Position numbers and translations under genes: made by a program
NCBI GenBank assembly: GCA_951406725.2
Contig: OX597817.1
Location: 14,942,001 to 15,006,000, forward strand
DNA length: 64,000 nucleotides
Direction: 5' to 3'
Source of the DNA: Octopus vulgaris
Taxonomy: Eukaryota
Shown: in pieces, positions 26,033 through 37,942 of the stretch
How positions within the stretch are numbered: the first letter of the stretch is position 1
Layout of the letters: each line of letters opens with the position of its first letter
The notes under the pieces: generated by a model
Database searches by the model: none
Seen by the model: only the letters and a program-made list of their open reading frames with translations
Told to the model about the DNA's origin: nothing

Positions 26033-26532
26033 CTAGCAGTATCGCTCGGGTTTGTAAGGGAAATAACTATATTTTTAGAGAGTTACTTCCCTTATAGATG
26101 CCAATTCGGGCTTTCTTAGCCATTTCTGTTTTGGTGTCTTCAAGCCATAAAGTCGTTGTTCTAAAAGAACGCTGGTCTCCTTGACAACGCATTACGACGT
26201 TGATTTCCTTACACTCCCTTCCCCACAGCTTCACGAGGGAGGGAAGAAGGGGAGAAGCAAACACAGGTGCAGGTGTTTGAGCGTGGACGCCAACTCCACC
26301 GCCATCGACACACGAAAAATTATGCATTAAAATGGAATAAAAAATGATGTTAAATTATTTTAAAAATCGTAGACTCATCATAGACGCGCGCTAATAACCA
26401 GACGGGCTCGATATGAATCACGACTATAAGATACCCGAATTTGGTTAAACTGCACCGCAAAATGTGGGAGGAGTTAGGAATCAAAATCGTAGGAGACAGA
26501 CACTCACACAACTACAGTTTTATATATATAGA
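26033..26532 (-). mobile_element. Non-autonomous Helitron
   Basis: 5' A|TC start and 3' CTAG|T end on the minus strand; homologous to 63037-63545; 3' hairpin partly deleted. Confidence 0.85.
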
Positions 26533-26968
26533 TTTCCATTTAAAACAACGGTTTATATTTTAATCTGCATCATTGCCACTATCTCTCAATCCTGATGAAA
26601 TGTTACTTCTACCGCCATCATTACCATCATTGTTGTCTCATCGTTGTCGTAGTAATAGCAGCAGCAACAATTTCACACATAGTCATCTCACCCTATGCAA
26701 TGGGTTTCTTACAGTTTCTATCCGCCAGATCCACTCACAAGGTATTGGTCATCCCAGGGCTATAACAGAAGACACTCACCCAAGATGTCATGCAGTGGGA
26801 CTGAACCCAAAACTGCATAGTTGGGAAGTAAGCTTCTTAACCATACACCAATACGTGTGCCAATTGATGATAACAGAAATAAGCTGATGTAAAGACAAGC
26901 CATTACATCAGCTTTCCTTTGCATTAAAGTTCTTACATCTAAGAAAGAGATTTTTTTCCTTTTTTCAG

Positions 26969-27033
26969 GTGGAATTTTTGAAAGTTTTGTTCCTCCTGAA
27001 GGTGATGGTGTATCAACTTTAATTTCTTCTGAG
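26969..27033 (+). CDS. MRPL45: MRPL45 exon 4
   Basis: tttttcag| acceptor; (G)GIFESFVPPEGDGVSTLISSE with the mL45 motif F..(Y/F)VPPEGD; GAG|GTAATT donor; phase 1-0. Confidence 0.93.
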
Positions 27034-27300
27034 GTAATTGACAAAGTTTTTTTTTTTTCTTTTTGTCTATGTTAGTCAGTATCTGGTACGTTTTTGTTAC
27101 TCTTTTACTTGTTTCAGTCATTTGACTGCGGCCATGCTGGAGCACCGCCTTTAATCGAGCAACTTGACCCTGGGACTTATTCTTTGTAAGCCCAGTACTT
27201 ATTCTATCGGTCTTTTTTGCCGAACCGCTAAGTGACGGGGACTTAAACACACCAGCATTGGTTGTCAAGCAATGCTAGGGGGACAAACACAGACACACAA

Positions 27301-27361
<61 letters not shown>

Positions 27362-28072
27362 CGACAGGCTTCTTTCAGTTTCCGTCTACCAAATCCACTC
27401 ACAAGGCATTGGTCGGGCCGGGGCTATAGCAGAAGACACTTGCCCAAGATGCCACGCAGTGGGACTGAACCCGGAACCATATGGTTGGTTAGCAAGCTAC
27501 TTACCACACAGCCACTCCTGCGCCTATCTACCAAAAAATATAATTGGCTTTTTCTGCAAGTCACATTGCCTCAGTAAACTTGACATATCTCAACAGAAAA
27601 CAGTTTCAAACCTGACATTCCTTGACATAATCTAGATTGGTATATAGAACTGCTTTCTGGAATTTAAGAGTAATTAACAATTGAGTGGGTATATCTAATG
27701 TAAAAGGGTTAATGTAGTACGGTAAAAGAATTTAATTAATTGAAATTACATCTGAAGAGAACTCATTAGACTTGTTGATTAATTCATATCAAGAGAGACA
27801 AAAGAAACAACTTCAATATTCAAATTAATTAAAAATTGAATGGAGACGGGGGGTGGCATGAGTGAGGTGTGAGTTTGACTTCTGACAAATATGGTACCAC
27901 TTTTAAGCATGTTTTCTGCCTTATGGGATCTCACCTTGCTAGATCTCAGATGACTTGACAAAATAATAAAGATTTAGTAAAAAACTTTCACTGAGTTGGC
28001 AACTACAAATAATGGTGATGGGACAGCCACTTCTGGTACTAATAGAAAATTATGTGATTGGTATTGACTTAA

Positions 28073-28293
28073 CCCTTTCGTTACTGTATTCATTTTGAGA
28101 TGTTCTGTGTTTCTTTCAATTACTTTAAATATAACAAAGAAATTAGTAAAATAACTTAGTCATCTTTAAGCTAGTGTTAGGAACATAAATTGTGACTAAG
28201 GTTTGGTGGAAGATTTTAATTGAAACCTTAAGAAAACAAGACATTTGTACAACAGAGCCAGAGCCGGTTTCAGCCGGGTTGGTAACAAAAGGG
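28073..28293 (+). mobile_element. piggyBac-type MITE family 1 (about 221 bp, 6 copies)
   Basis: TTAA|CCCTTTCGTTAC...GTAAC(A/G)AAAGGG|TTAA. Other copies at 40362-40581, 41518-41739, 41764-41984, 43136-43356 (same orientation) and 52599-52819 (inverted). Confidence 0.9.
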
Positions 28294-30254
28294 TTAAGCA
28301 TGCTTCGGTAGTTCTTCAGTTAAGAAGATAACCTGAAGCTCTTGCATTTTCCGGAAGCTCTACAGCTTCTTTGGAACTATCAACATAAGAGTCAGCTTGG
28401 TGTTACTCGTGTTGTAGATCTTACAAAATATAAGAATGAAATCTAGGTTTCTGCCTTAGCCTAATTTTGTGCTTAGAAGTAGAGCTGATGAGACAAGGAG
28501 ATTCCTCAATTTGCTTTTGATGGCAGCAATCCAACTCTGTTTTCGTGAATCTTCAATGTAGGATCTAATTTTCTAATATGAATTTCAGTACACTCCAACA
28601 GTGTCAATGGAATTGTCACACCACCTGATTATATATTTTTTTTTTTAATATGGTCTAGGTTCAGTGATGTACTTTTTCAAATGTTGGTGGGAGTGTTGAT
28701 AGTAAATTGAGACTTCTCTTTTCTTTACAACAAAAAAAAATAATTTTGTGAATAGAGGTGCTAACAAAGAATTGAAAATATACCTTTATTTACTTATTAG
28801 ACTGAGGTCTGTCATGAGCCCAAAGTAACTCATGAGGCTGGAGATTAACCTGATTTCCATAGAGTATGTGACCAAGATCACAATCCTCTTGAATGGAATG
28901 CCAGTCCGTCCAGGGTTAACTCTTCAGATATTGTTAGAACTCATTTTTAACTGAATGAATTTGAGCAACATGAAATGAAGTGTTTTTGTTCAAAAGCACT
29001 ACTCCCCACCTGATCTAGGAATCGAAACCACGTTCTTATTATCATGAATGCAATGCCCTAACCACTAGGCCATGTGCCTTCACAACCACCCTAATTGCTA
29101 GGCTATATTCCTTCATTTTACAGCAATAAAAATATTCATTTTGTAAACTTCAACCAAATCAATTCTCTCCAGTCATTACAGCTTCTCCATATCTACTTTC
29201 CATTTTTTTTTTTGCTTGTCATTCAACATAATATATTGCTTATCTTTTGTTGCTAGCAAGGTTATCATTTCCCTAAACATTCTCCCATTTATTCTGAAAC
29301 TACAAGTTACACTCTTGCCATTAAGAGTAGAACTTGTATGACAACTGTTAGATACCTTGGACTCTGCTTTTTATTTATCTGATACTGCCAATCTAATCAC
29401 CCATATCATAAATAGGATACCTGTAGAATATTAATGGTAAAAAAGATTCAAGGCAAAAATATGTTTCTAAATATAACTTATTTGATGTGTCTGTCTCGTC
29501 TTTTTTTTTTATTAAAGGAAGGTGCAATTAAACCAAAGAATGCTATTAAAATATTGAATATAAAAACCCAAAGACTTTATGTTTGTCCCCACTACTGTCA
29601 CAATTTTGCTATGAATCCATCAGCTATAACAAAAGGATTACAATCTAAATTTGAAATATGATATATATGTATATATGTATATAGGCACAGGAGTGGCTGT
29701 GTGGTAAGTAGCTTGTTTACCAACCACATGGTTCTGGGTTCAGTCCCACTGTGTGGCACCTTGGGCAAGTGTCTTCTACTATAGCCTTGGGCCGACCAAA
29801 GCCTTGTGAGTGGATTTGGTAGACGGAAACTGCAAGAAACCCGTCGTATATATGTATATATATATATGCGTGTGTGTGTTTGTGTGAGTGTGTTTGTCCC
29901 CCTAGCATTGCTTGACAACCGATGCTGGTGTGTTTATGTCCCCGTTACTTAGCGGTTCAGCAAAAGAGACCGATAGAATAAGTATTGGGCTTACAAAAAG
30001 AATAAGTGCCGGGGTCGAGTTGCTTGATTAAAGGCGGTGCTCCTGCATGGCCGCAGTCAAATGACTGAAACAAGTAAAAGAATATATAGTGCAGGTGGCT
30101 CAAAAAAAGCACCCAGTCCATACTACGAAGCAGTTGGCATTAGAAAGGGCATCCAACCACACAAACCATGCCAAAGCAGTCATTGGAGCTTAATTAAGTC
30201 CTTGGATACATCAGATCCCGATGCCAACATGGACATTAAATGATGATGATGATA

Positions 30255-30906
30255 CGTGGTCTGATCCAATAAGTATCTGGACTGTTGCCATAGTAATGAA
30301 GCTAAAGCCCACAAAGTGAAACCGCTTGGCACAGATTGACCTTGAACTCTACTAAGCATGTGCAGTAAGTTTTAACTTTCCAGCTCATTTTCGCTGTTTG
30401 CAGCAGTGCTTGGAAGGAAGATGTGTAATGTGTGGTTGTCGCATTGACCACCACAGAGAAAGTTGAGCAGAGAATCTGCATCAAATTTTGCCAAAAGCTT
30501 GGCGATACCTACTCAGAAGCTTATGCAAAGTTTTCAAAAAGTTTTCATCATCCTCGACACAATCAAAGAGATCTTGTGCAACTGAAACCTGGTTGTTTTC
30601 TTGATCAGCTGAAAGCAGTTTTGGCGCATAAACTTGGCAGTCGTGCGTCTCATACCCAAATCTTTAGTCATAATGGACTGAATTGAACTGTAACTAATTT
30701 GCACATCGTCTGATACCTCACGGATGGTGATTCGACAATTGCCCCTCACAGCTGCATGCACATCTGTGACGTTTCTTTCAGTTCTGCTGGTTGGGGGGTC
30801 TCCCAAAATGTTCGTCAATATCAACATTTTTTCGGCCATCTTGGAAATGTCTAAACCAGCTCACACATTCCTCTCCATACACTTTCTGCAACTTTGTGTC
30901 GGCCTC
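30255..30906. mobile_element. Mariner relic with internal inversion
   Basis: TA plus TIR, + strand EQRICIKFCQKLGDTYSEAYAK; the continuation (KLQKVYG...PTSRTERNV...RITIREVS...LGMRR..AKF) lies on the minus strand. Confidence 0.7.
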
Positions 30907-31988
30907 TCAAACCTCATACATATAGGAAGGGCATCCTCATTAGGAAGGGCATCCAGCCATAGAAACATTGCCAGATCAGACTGGGCCTGATGCAGCCTTC
31001 TGGCTTCACAGACCCCAGTTGAACCGTCCAACCCATGCTAGCATGGAAAGCGGACGCTAAACAATGATGATGATGATATATATATATATATGTCTATATA
31101 TACTGGCTCCTTGTCTTAACATGATGTGATAGTTGTAAATGAGTATCACTGTCATGCAAGTGGTGTCTGTCATTTCCAAATCTGATTTGAGGGAAATATT
31201 ACCTTACTTGAAGCAGTTGTTGGTGACAGGAAGGGCATCTGGTTATAGAAAATTCACCTCAACAAATTGTGTCCAGCCCATGCAAGCTTGGAAAAATAGA
31301 TGTTGAAACAATAATAATGATGATATATATATTACATATATTGAAGGAAAATTTTAAAAACTGTGTAATGGTTATAGATAAATTTAAGTACTAAATCCAT
31401 ACACTGACTAATGAATAATTCCTGTTATATTATTACAAATGTAATCAAATTGATACAGCTGACAGAACTGGTAACATAGTCTAATACCGAGAGATTTAAA
31501 GTTGATTAATTCTAAGACAGGTTCTGGTATCATACTCTTATCTTAAAAGCAATGCATCTTGTCTCATGCCCAGCTGAAAAACAGTCTGATGGCAATAACT
31601 TTCCAATCATCAGTGTAAAAATTAGGTCAAATGTAATTGTTTCAAAAATTCTGGTTATCAGGTACTGCTGTATTTATTTTCAACTAAAAATTCAATTTTA
31701 CCCAATTGTTCAAATTTATCAGTTTCAGTCTAAGATCCAAAGAAAGATTAAAATAATAAGATTGTATTGATTAGTGATCCCTGATTGTTATTAACAAATC
31801 TTCTTGATTCTAGAGAAATGACTTTTGTTTTAATCGTCATTGTTTCAATGCCTGCCATTTTTCATTTTCTAAATTAATTAAAACAAAAGGCAGTTTCTTT
31901 CAACAGAAATATGGTAAATGAAAGGGTTAGAAGTGTTCAGTTTGTTTTTGATTGAAACCATTACTATATGTAGAATTTTTCATTTCAG

Positions 31989-32140
31989 GGTGCAAAACAA
32001 AGGTTTAGTGGACTTGAGAAAAAAGGAAAATCGTTTTTAGATTTACGGAAAATCAAGAAATATTTGGAAGAATTTGATGTAAAAGATTTTTCTCAACAGG
32101 CACAAGATATTGTTGTTGAAGCTCAGACACTATTACAAGA
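31989..32140 (+). CDS. MRPL45: MRPL45 exon 5
   Basis: tttcag| acceptor; GAKQRFSGLEKKGKSFLDLRKIKKYLEEFDVKDFSQQAQDIVVEAQTLLQ; GA|GTAAGT donor; phase 0-2. Confidence 0.93.
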
Positions 32141-32939
32141 GTAAGTGAAACTTGTTTATTCATACCTGGATTTTTATTGTTGTTTTTTTTATATTTTCTT
32201 TAGTTTCTTTCTAATTCTTTCTTAATGTTCAGAAGGTATGTGTAATTATGCTTTACTAAAATCCTCAAAACCTGCAAGTTCTGAATCAGAATTCTGTAAA
32301 CAATGCTCTATTTAGTTCAAAGTACCATTGACTCATAATATTGCTCTCATGAACTCAACACATCCTCTTTGGAAAAGAATTCTTGTGCTAACCAACCACA
32401 TGGTTCCGGGATCAGTCCCACTGCGCGGCATCTTGGGCAAGTGTCTTCTGCTATAGCCCCGGGCCGACCAATGCCTTGTGAGTAGATTTGGTAGACGGAA
32501 ACTGAAAGAAGCCTGTCGTATATATATATGTGTGTGTGTTTGTCCCCCTAGCATTGCTTGACAACCGATGCTGGTGTGTTTACGTCCCCGTCACTTAGCG
32601 GTTCGGCAAAAGAGACCGATAGAATAAGTACTGGGCTTACAAAGAATAAGTCCCGGGGTCGATTTGCTCGACTAAAGGCGGTGCTCCAGCATGGCCGCAG
32701 TCAAAGGACTGAAACGAGTAAAAGAGTAATACTATCCAATTACAATGTTTTCTTAGGAGCGGAGGGAGTGCACATTCGTACATCACATTCCCTGTAAGTA
32801 ACTAAGTGAAGAAATTTGTGTTAATTTCTCAAGTTAACTCATATCCACTTTATAACTAAATCAATAGCATAAAGACTAGACATTTTCAATAACAAAAACA
32901 GCTTTACCTGTGATTAGCTGATAATCCTTTCTTAAGAGC

Positions 32940-34060
32940 TTAAGAATAGCTTGGGCAAAGTTCAGAGAGCTGGTGACAAAAGGCCTCTCACACAGAGTAA
33001 AAGGCAGACTGTATGACGCGTGTGTACGAACAGCCATGCTACATGGCAGTGAAACATGGGCCGTGACTGCTGAGGATATGCGTAAGCTCGCTAGAAATGA
33101 AGCCAGTATGCTCCGATGGATGTTTAATGTCAGTACTCATACTCGACAGAGTGTAAGTACCTTGAGAGAAAAAGCTGGACCTAAGAAGCATCAGTTGTGG
33201 TGTGCAAGAGAGACGTTTGCGCTGGTATGGGCATGTGGCGAGAATGGATGAAGATAGTTGTGTGAAAAAGTGCCACACCCTAGCGGCTGAGGGAACCTGT
33301 GGAAGAGGCAGACCCAGGAAGACCTGGGACGAGGTGGTGAAGCACAACCTTCGAACTTTAGGTCTCACTGAGGAAATGACTAGAGACCGAGACCTCTGGA
33401 AGTATGCTGTGCGCGAGAAGACCTGGCAGGACAAGTGAGACCATAACCCGTGGCCTTCTACATGTGATGTAGCCAGCCCACATATGCATACCTTCCCTTC
33501 TTGGGACACAAAACTCTACTTGTGAAGACCTGTTGAGGCAAGTGAGGATCAGAATCGAAATCGATCAATGGAAATTGCAGCTGAGTTACCAGTGCCGGTG
33601 GCACGTAAGAGAACCATCCGAATGTGGCCATTGCCAGCACCGCCCAGACTGGCCTCGTGCCGGTGGCACATTCATTGCCAGCCTCGCCTGGCCTCGTGCC
33701 GGTGGCACGTAAAAAACATCATCCATTCGTGGCCGTTTGCCAGACTTGTCTGGCACCACCATCCGTTCGTGACTGTTGCCAGCTCCGCCCAGACTGGCCT
33801 CGTGCCAGTGGCACGTAAAAAGCACCATCCGTCCGTGGCCGTTTGCCAGCTCCGTCTGGCACCTGTGCGGGTGGCACGTAAAAAGCACCCACTACACTCA
33901 TGGAGTGGTTGGCGTTAGGAAGGGCATCCAGCCGTAGAAACACTGCCAGATTTGACTGGGCCTGATGAAGCCTTCTGGCTTCACAGACCCCCAGTTGAAC
34001 CGTCCAACCCATGCTAGCATGGAAAGTGGACGTTAAACGATGATGATGATGATGATGATG
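32940..34060 (+). mobile_element. 5'-truncated RTE-clade LINE: RT C-terminus, minisatellite 3' UTR and (GAT)n tail (family B)
   Basis: KGRLYDACVRTAMLHGSETWA..., frameshift, RLRWYGHVARMDED...GRGRPRKTW...; then a UTR with tandem GGTGGCACGTAAAAAGCACC units, GGTTGGCGTTAGGAAGGGCATCC, and GGACGTTAAAC(GAT)n. Same junction at about 16790-17645(+), 38002-38490(+), 35488-36065(-). Shorter 3' pieces at about 3702-3873, 6208-6700, 7250-7545, 11640-11932, 12415-12789, 20813-21067, 23693-23843, 30940-31076, 37632-37843, 43501-43875, 47760-48085, 55339-55675. Confidence 0.88.
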
Positions 34061-34479
34061 AAGAGCACAAATATATCTTTTGTTTGAACTTTTCTTGAAA
34101 GTCTGAGGGGTTTTAGTGTGTGTATGCATGTACATGTACACACACATTCATATAAGTTTAAAGATGCCCTCACTATACCATCCTCACTTATGTAAATGCA
34201 GTCACTGAATCCTCTCCGTATTTTAAAGCAAAGACTTTGTTCAAACTTTCTCCCTGGAAATTTCTTATATGTCCAAATCCAAACTCTTACAAAAATGGCA
34301 GTCAGTGGGTATTTCTGTTTTATCTTCAGCTTGATCTTCTGAGTGAACATAAAATCTTGAATGTTGTCGTGAGTTTTATTTTCCAAGCGGTAGATTTCTT
34401 ATTATTTATAAGCACCATTCTTGGAGAAGATAATATAAATACATATGAAATAAAGGCTTATAAGATTAATCGGATTATA

Positions 34480-35344
34480 CAGGGTGGGGCAGAGAGGATG
34501 GACGTTTTTGAAAAATTCACAAAATCATTAATTTTAGCTGCAAACAAATTTTATTAGCATCAATGAATTTGTATTGAATTAGCATTTGTCAAATGTGATG
34601 AACAACATCCATCATGTGGTGTCCAGCTTCATTGCTGCATTTCTGAAGGTGTTCTTGGAAGTTGGCCTCCACTCTCTCCAACATTGATGATTTGTGTGAC
34701 TTCCACACAAATAGCTTCCTTCAAATCATCCAATGTACAGGGCTTATGCGCATACACATGTGCCTCAAGGTTTCCCCACAAGAAATAGTCACACATGAAC
34801 AAATTGGGGGACAGTGGGGGAAGGAATATCAGTAAACCCGGAAATGAGGTGGTCACCGAAGAGAGGGTGAAGAACATCCATTGATGCCCTGGCTGTGTGG
34901 ACCGTCGCTCCATCCTGATGAAGCCACACATGCCGAATCAGCCAAATGGGATCCATTATTGTCCACACACTGTCGAAGGCGTTCACGAAAGTTGTCAATA
35001 ACTCGGCGGGTCATTTCATGTGGATTTTCTTCTCTGGGGATACCTCAAGTCAAAGGTATACATTAATCGCCCTCGATCTATTGAACAACTTAAAGATGCA
35101 ATTCATCAAGAAATTACTGCCATTCCACATGAAATTACCCGCCGAGTTATTGACAACTTTCGTGAATGCCTTCGACAGTGTGTGGACAATAATGGATCCC
35201 ATTTGACTGATTTAATTTTTAAAAAACAATGAAACAAAATGGCATTATATGTACTTTTCAAAAATAAAAACACTTTTTTGTTTCTTTACTTCATTTGCCT
35301 TTTATTTAACCTACAAATGTGTCAGATCATTTTGCCTGACCCTG
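34480..35344. mobile_element. Composite of two Tc1/mariner-superfamily 3' halves, back to back
   Basis: TA|CAGGGTG...ACCCTG|TA ends; minus strand WLHQDGATVHTA...SPNL..CDYFLWG; plus strand DFxLWGYLKSKVY..RPRSIEQLK. Confidence 0.75.
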
Positions 35345-35396
35345 TATATATATTAGTTACTAATATTTTGTTTTATTTTCTTTCTTTTAACTAAAG

Positions 35397-35451
35397 CATC
35401 AAGAAAAATGAAGACCGTTTACATGAGCTTGTCACAGAAAGAGCATATCCT
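35397..35451 (+). CDS. MRPL45: MRPL45 exon 6
   Basis: Polypyrimidine tract then AAG| acceptor; (D)IKKNEDRLHELVTERAYP with the LHxLVTE motif; CCT|GTAAGT donor; phase 2-0. Confidence 0.9.
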
Positions 35452-36289
35452 GTAAGTATAGCAAGTTTATAAGCAAGTTAATTACCTATCATCATCATTT
35501 AACGTCCGTTTTCCATGCTAGCATGGGTTGGACGGTTTTGACTGAGGGCTGGCAACCAGATGGCTGCACCAGGCTCCAGTCTTGATCTAGCAGAGTTTCT
35601 ACAGCTGGATGCCCTTCCTAACGCCAACCACTCCGAAAGTGTAGTGGGTGCTTTTTACATGCCACCTGCACGGGGGCCAGTCAGGCGGTACTGGCAATGA
35701 CCTCGCTCGAATCTTTTTGCACGTGCCACCGACACAGGTGCCAGTGAAGCGACATTGGTAACGATCACGCTTGAATGGTGCCCTTTTACATGCCACGGGT
35801 ACGGAAGCCAGTTGCCTGCTCTGGCAACGATCACAATGATCACGCTTGGATGGTGCTCTTGGCACCCTACTAACACAGACATAAATGCCAGTAAGGCGAC
35901 ACTGGTAACGATCATACTCGAATAGCCTCTCTGTCAACGATCACACTCGTATGGTGCTCTTTGCACCCCAATAGCACGGATGCCAGTCATCGAAATGATT
36001 TTGATTTGATTTCACTTGCCTCAACAGGTCTTCGCAAGCAAAGTTTAGTGACCAAAGAAGGAAAAGCTCCGGGCAGTTTTCTGCTAGCCATTTGATATTT
36101 TCACATTTGATTCCTATTTCTTATGATAGAACAAGTAGAAAAATATTTTTTTCAGCACATAAATACTGAACAGTATATATAAAGGATAAAATCCTTTTAA
36201 GAGCAGAAAAATTTGCCAGCAATTCTTTGTATAATAGTGCTCACTTGCTTACTAAATATTGCTTTCCTTATTTTATCACGAAAGCAATC

Positions 36290-37560
36290 TCTTTTTTAAA
36301 CAAACATCAAGGTAGTCCATCTACGTTTAGTGTGCAAAAAAGCAGCAGCAATCAAATAGAGATATTTTAAGACCTATAATGTATCAAATAGCCATAGCAA
36401 CAAATTCACTTGATAGTTCTTAGATTGATGGAAAGGAAATAAGTCACATGAGTTAGAAACTTCGGTAAGTTTTAATAAGTTGTCCAATATAATTTTTTTC
36501 CAGTATGTATAAACAATAAACTGAGGACATTTACACAGCGAATTTAAGTCAACAAAATACCTGATTTCCTCATCTGAAATAATGAAATAAAACTTGAAAT
36601 GAAAAAATTGCAATGAATATATATTAAGTAAATTATTATTAATGAAAACAATTAGAGGTGAGAGAGAGAGAGAGAGAGTAAGAGACTGTGTTGCAAATGA
36701 AAACAGAAAATTTCACAAGAACATAATATTGTCTATCAAATGTTAAAACCTACTCTGTAGTGAATGTAAAGCTTGGCAACAAATATCTAAATTTGTGATA
36801 TTAAATAATAACAGACCTTTGAAACTACCTTTTTATTGATATATATTAACAGAGGAATTTATAAAAACCTATAAAAGCTAATTAAAAACTATCTTGTACA
36901 GAATACTTAAATTTGTGAACTTGAAATATTCAATAATAAAAGAAAGTTCAGAGAGTAACTTTTCCTGAAAACTTCAATTTATAAAAAAAAACTCATTTGC
37001 TTAGTAAATATTTCTTTCAGTAATTTATCGTAGTTGTAATAATCTCTAATTTAAACAAACTTCAAGGTAACTCAAATACATTTAGCGTGCTAGAAATAGC
37101 AGCAATCACATAGTTATTATTGTAAGGCTTATAGTGTTCCAAACAGCCATACAAAGTCACTTCTTAATTTATTTTTTTAAAATTTTATACTGGTAAATAT
37201 CATAAGCCTCAAAGTTATACAACTATTTTGTCTAATAGCTTTCATTCATTCATTCAATAAATTCTTCTTTTGCATTACATGTATAGAATAAACTGTGGGT
37301 TTTGCAAATAGCAAATTAAAACGCATGAACTGAAAACATTGAAATGAATATATATAGAATTATCATTAATGAAAATAGAGGCAAGAGAGAGTGAGAGACT
37401 GTTGCAAATGAATAATATTGTTTATTAAACATTAAACTCTACTCCACAGTGAATGCAATGAATATTTAAATGTGTGAAAAACTTGTAGTTTAAATATTCA
37501 GTAAACTTCAGAAATCAAAATTACAGGAAATTTCTTTGAACATGAATTTATAAAAAAAAA
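36290..37560 (+). repeat. Old diverged tandem duplication in intron 6
   Basis: Collinear shared blocks (gcagcaatca, attaatgaaaa..agagg, ttgcaaatgaa, tttataaaaaaaa) at about 36290-37000 and about 37050-37560. Confidence 0.6.
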
Positions 37561-37896
37561 TTTCCAAACGGTCAAGCCTTTAATAATTGCTTTCTTTTAG
37601 TTACTGTTACATACCTAATTAATAAGCAGGGAGTCTAGGAAGCCAGGGCTGCACCAGGCTCCAGTCTGATCTGGCAGAGTTTCTACAGCTGGATGCCCTT
37701 CCTAACGCCAACCACTCCGCGAGTGTAGTGGGTGCTTTTTACGTGCCACCTGCACAGGTGCCAGGGGGGGGGTCTGGCATCGGCCATGATCGGTTGGTGC
37801 TTTTAACATGCCACCGGCACGGAAGCCAGCCAAGGCAGCGCTGGTATACATATTATTTACATTTGATGGATATTTGTCCTCATCTTGTTCGTTGTT

Positions 37897-37942
37897 AACA
37901 CAACATTTCGGCTGATACATCCTCCAACCATCATCAGGTGTC
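37897..37942 (-). ncRNA. Minimal type-I hammerhead ribozyme motif (canonical CUGAUGA core) in a short repeat at about 37845-37961
   Basis: Minus strand reads GACAC-CUGAUGA-U-GGUUG-GAGGAUGUAU-CAGCC-GAA-A-UG-U-U-GUGUU. Confidence 0.7.
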
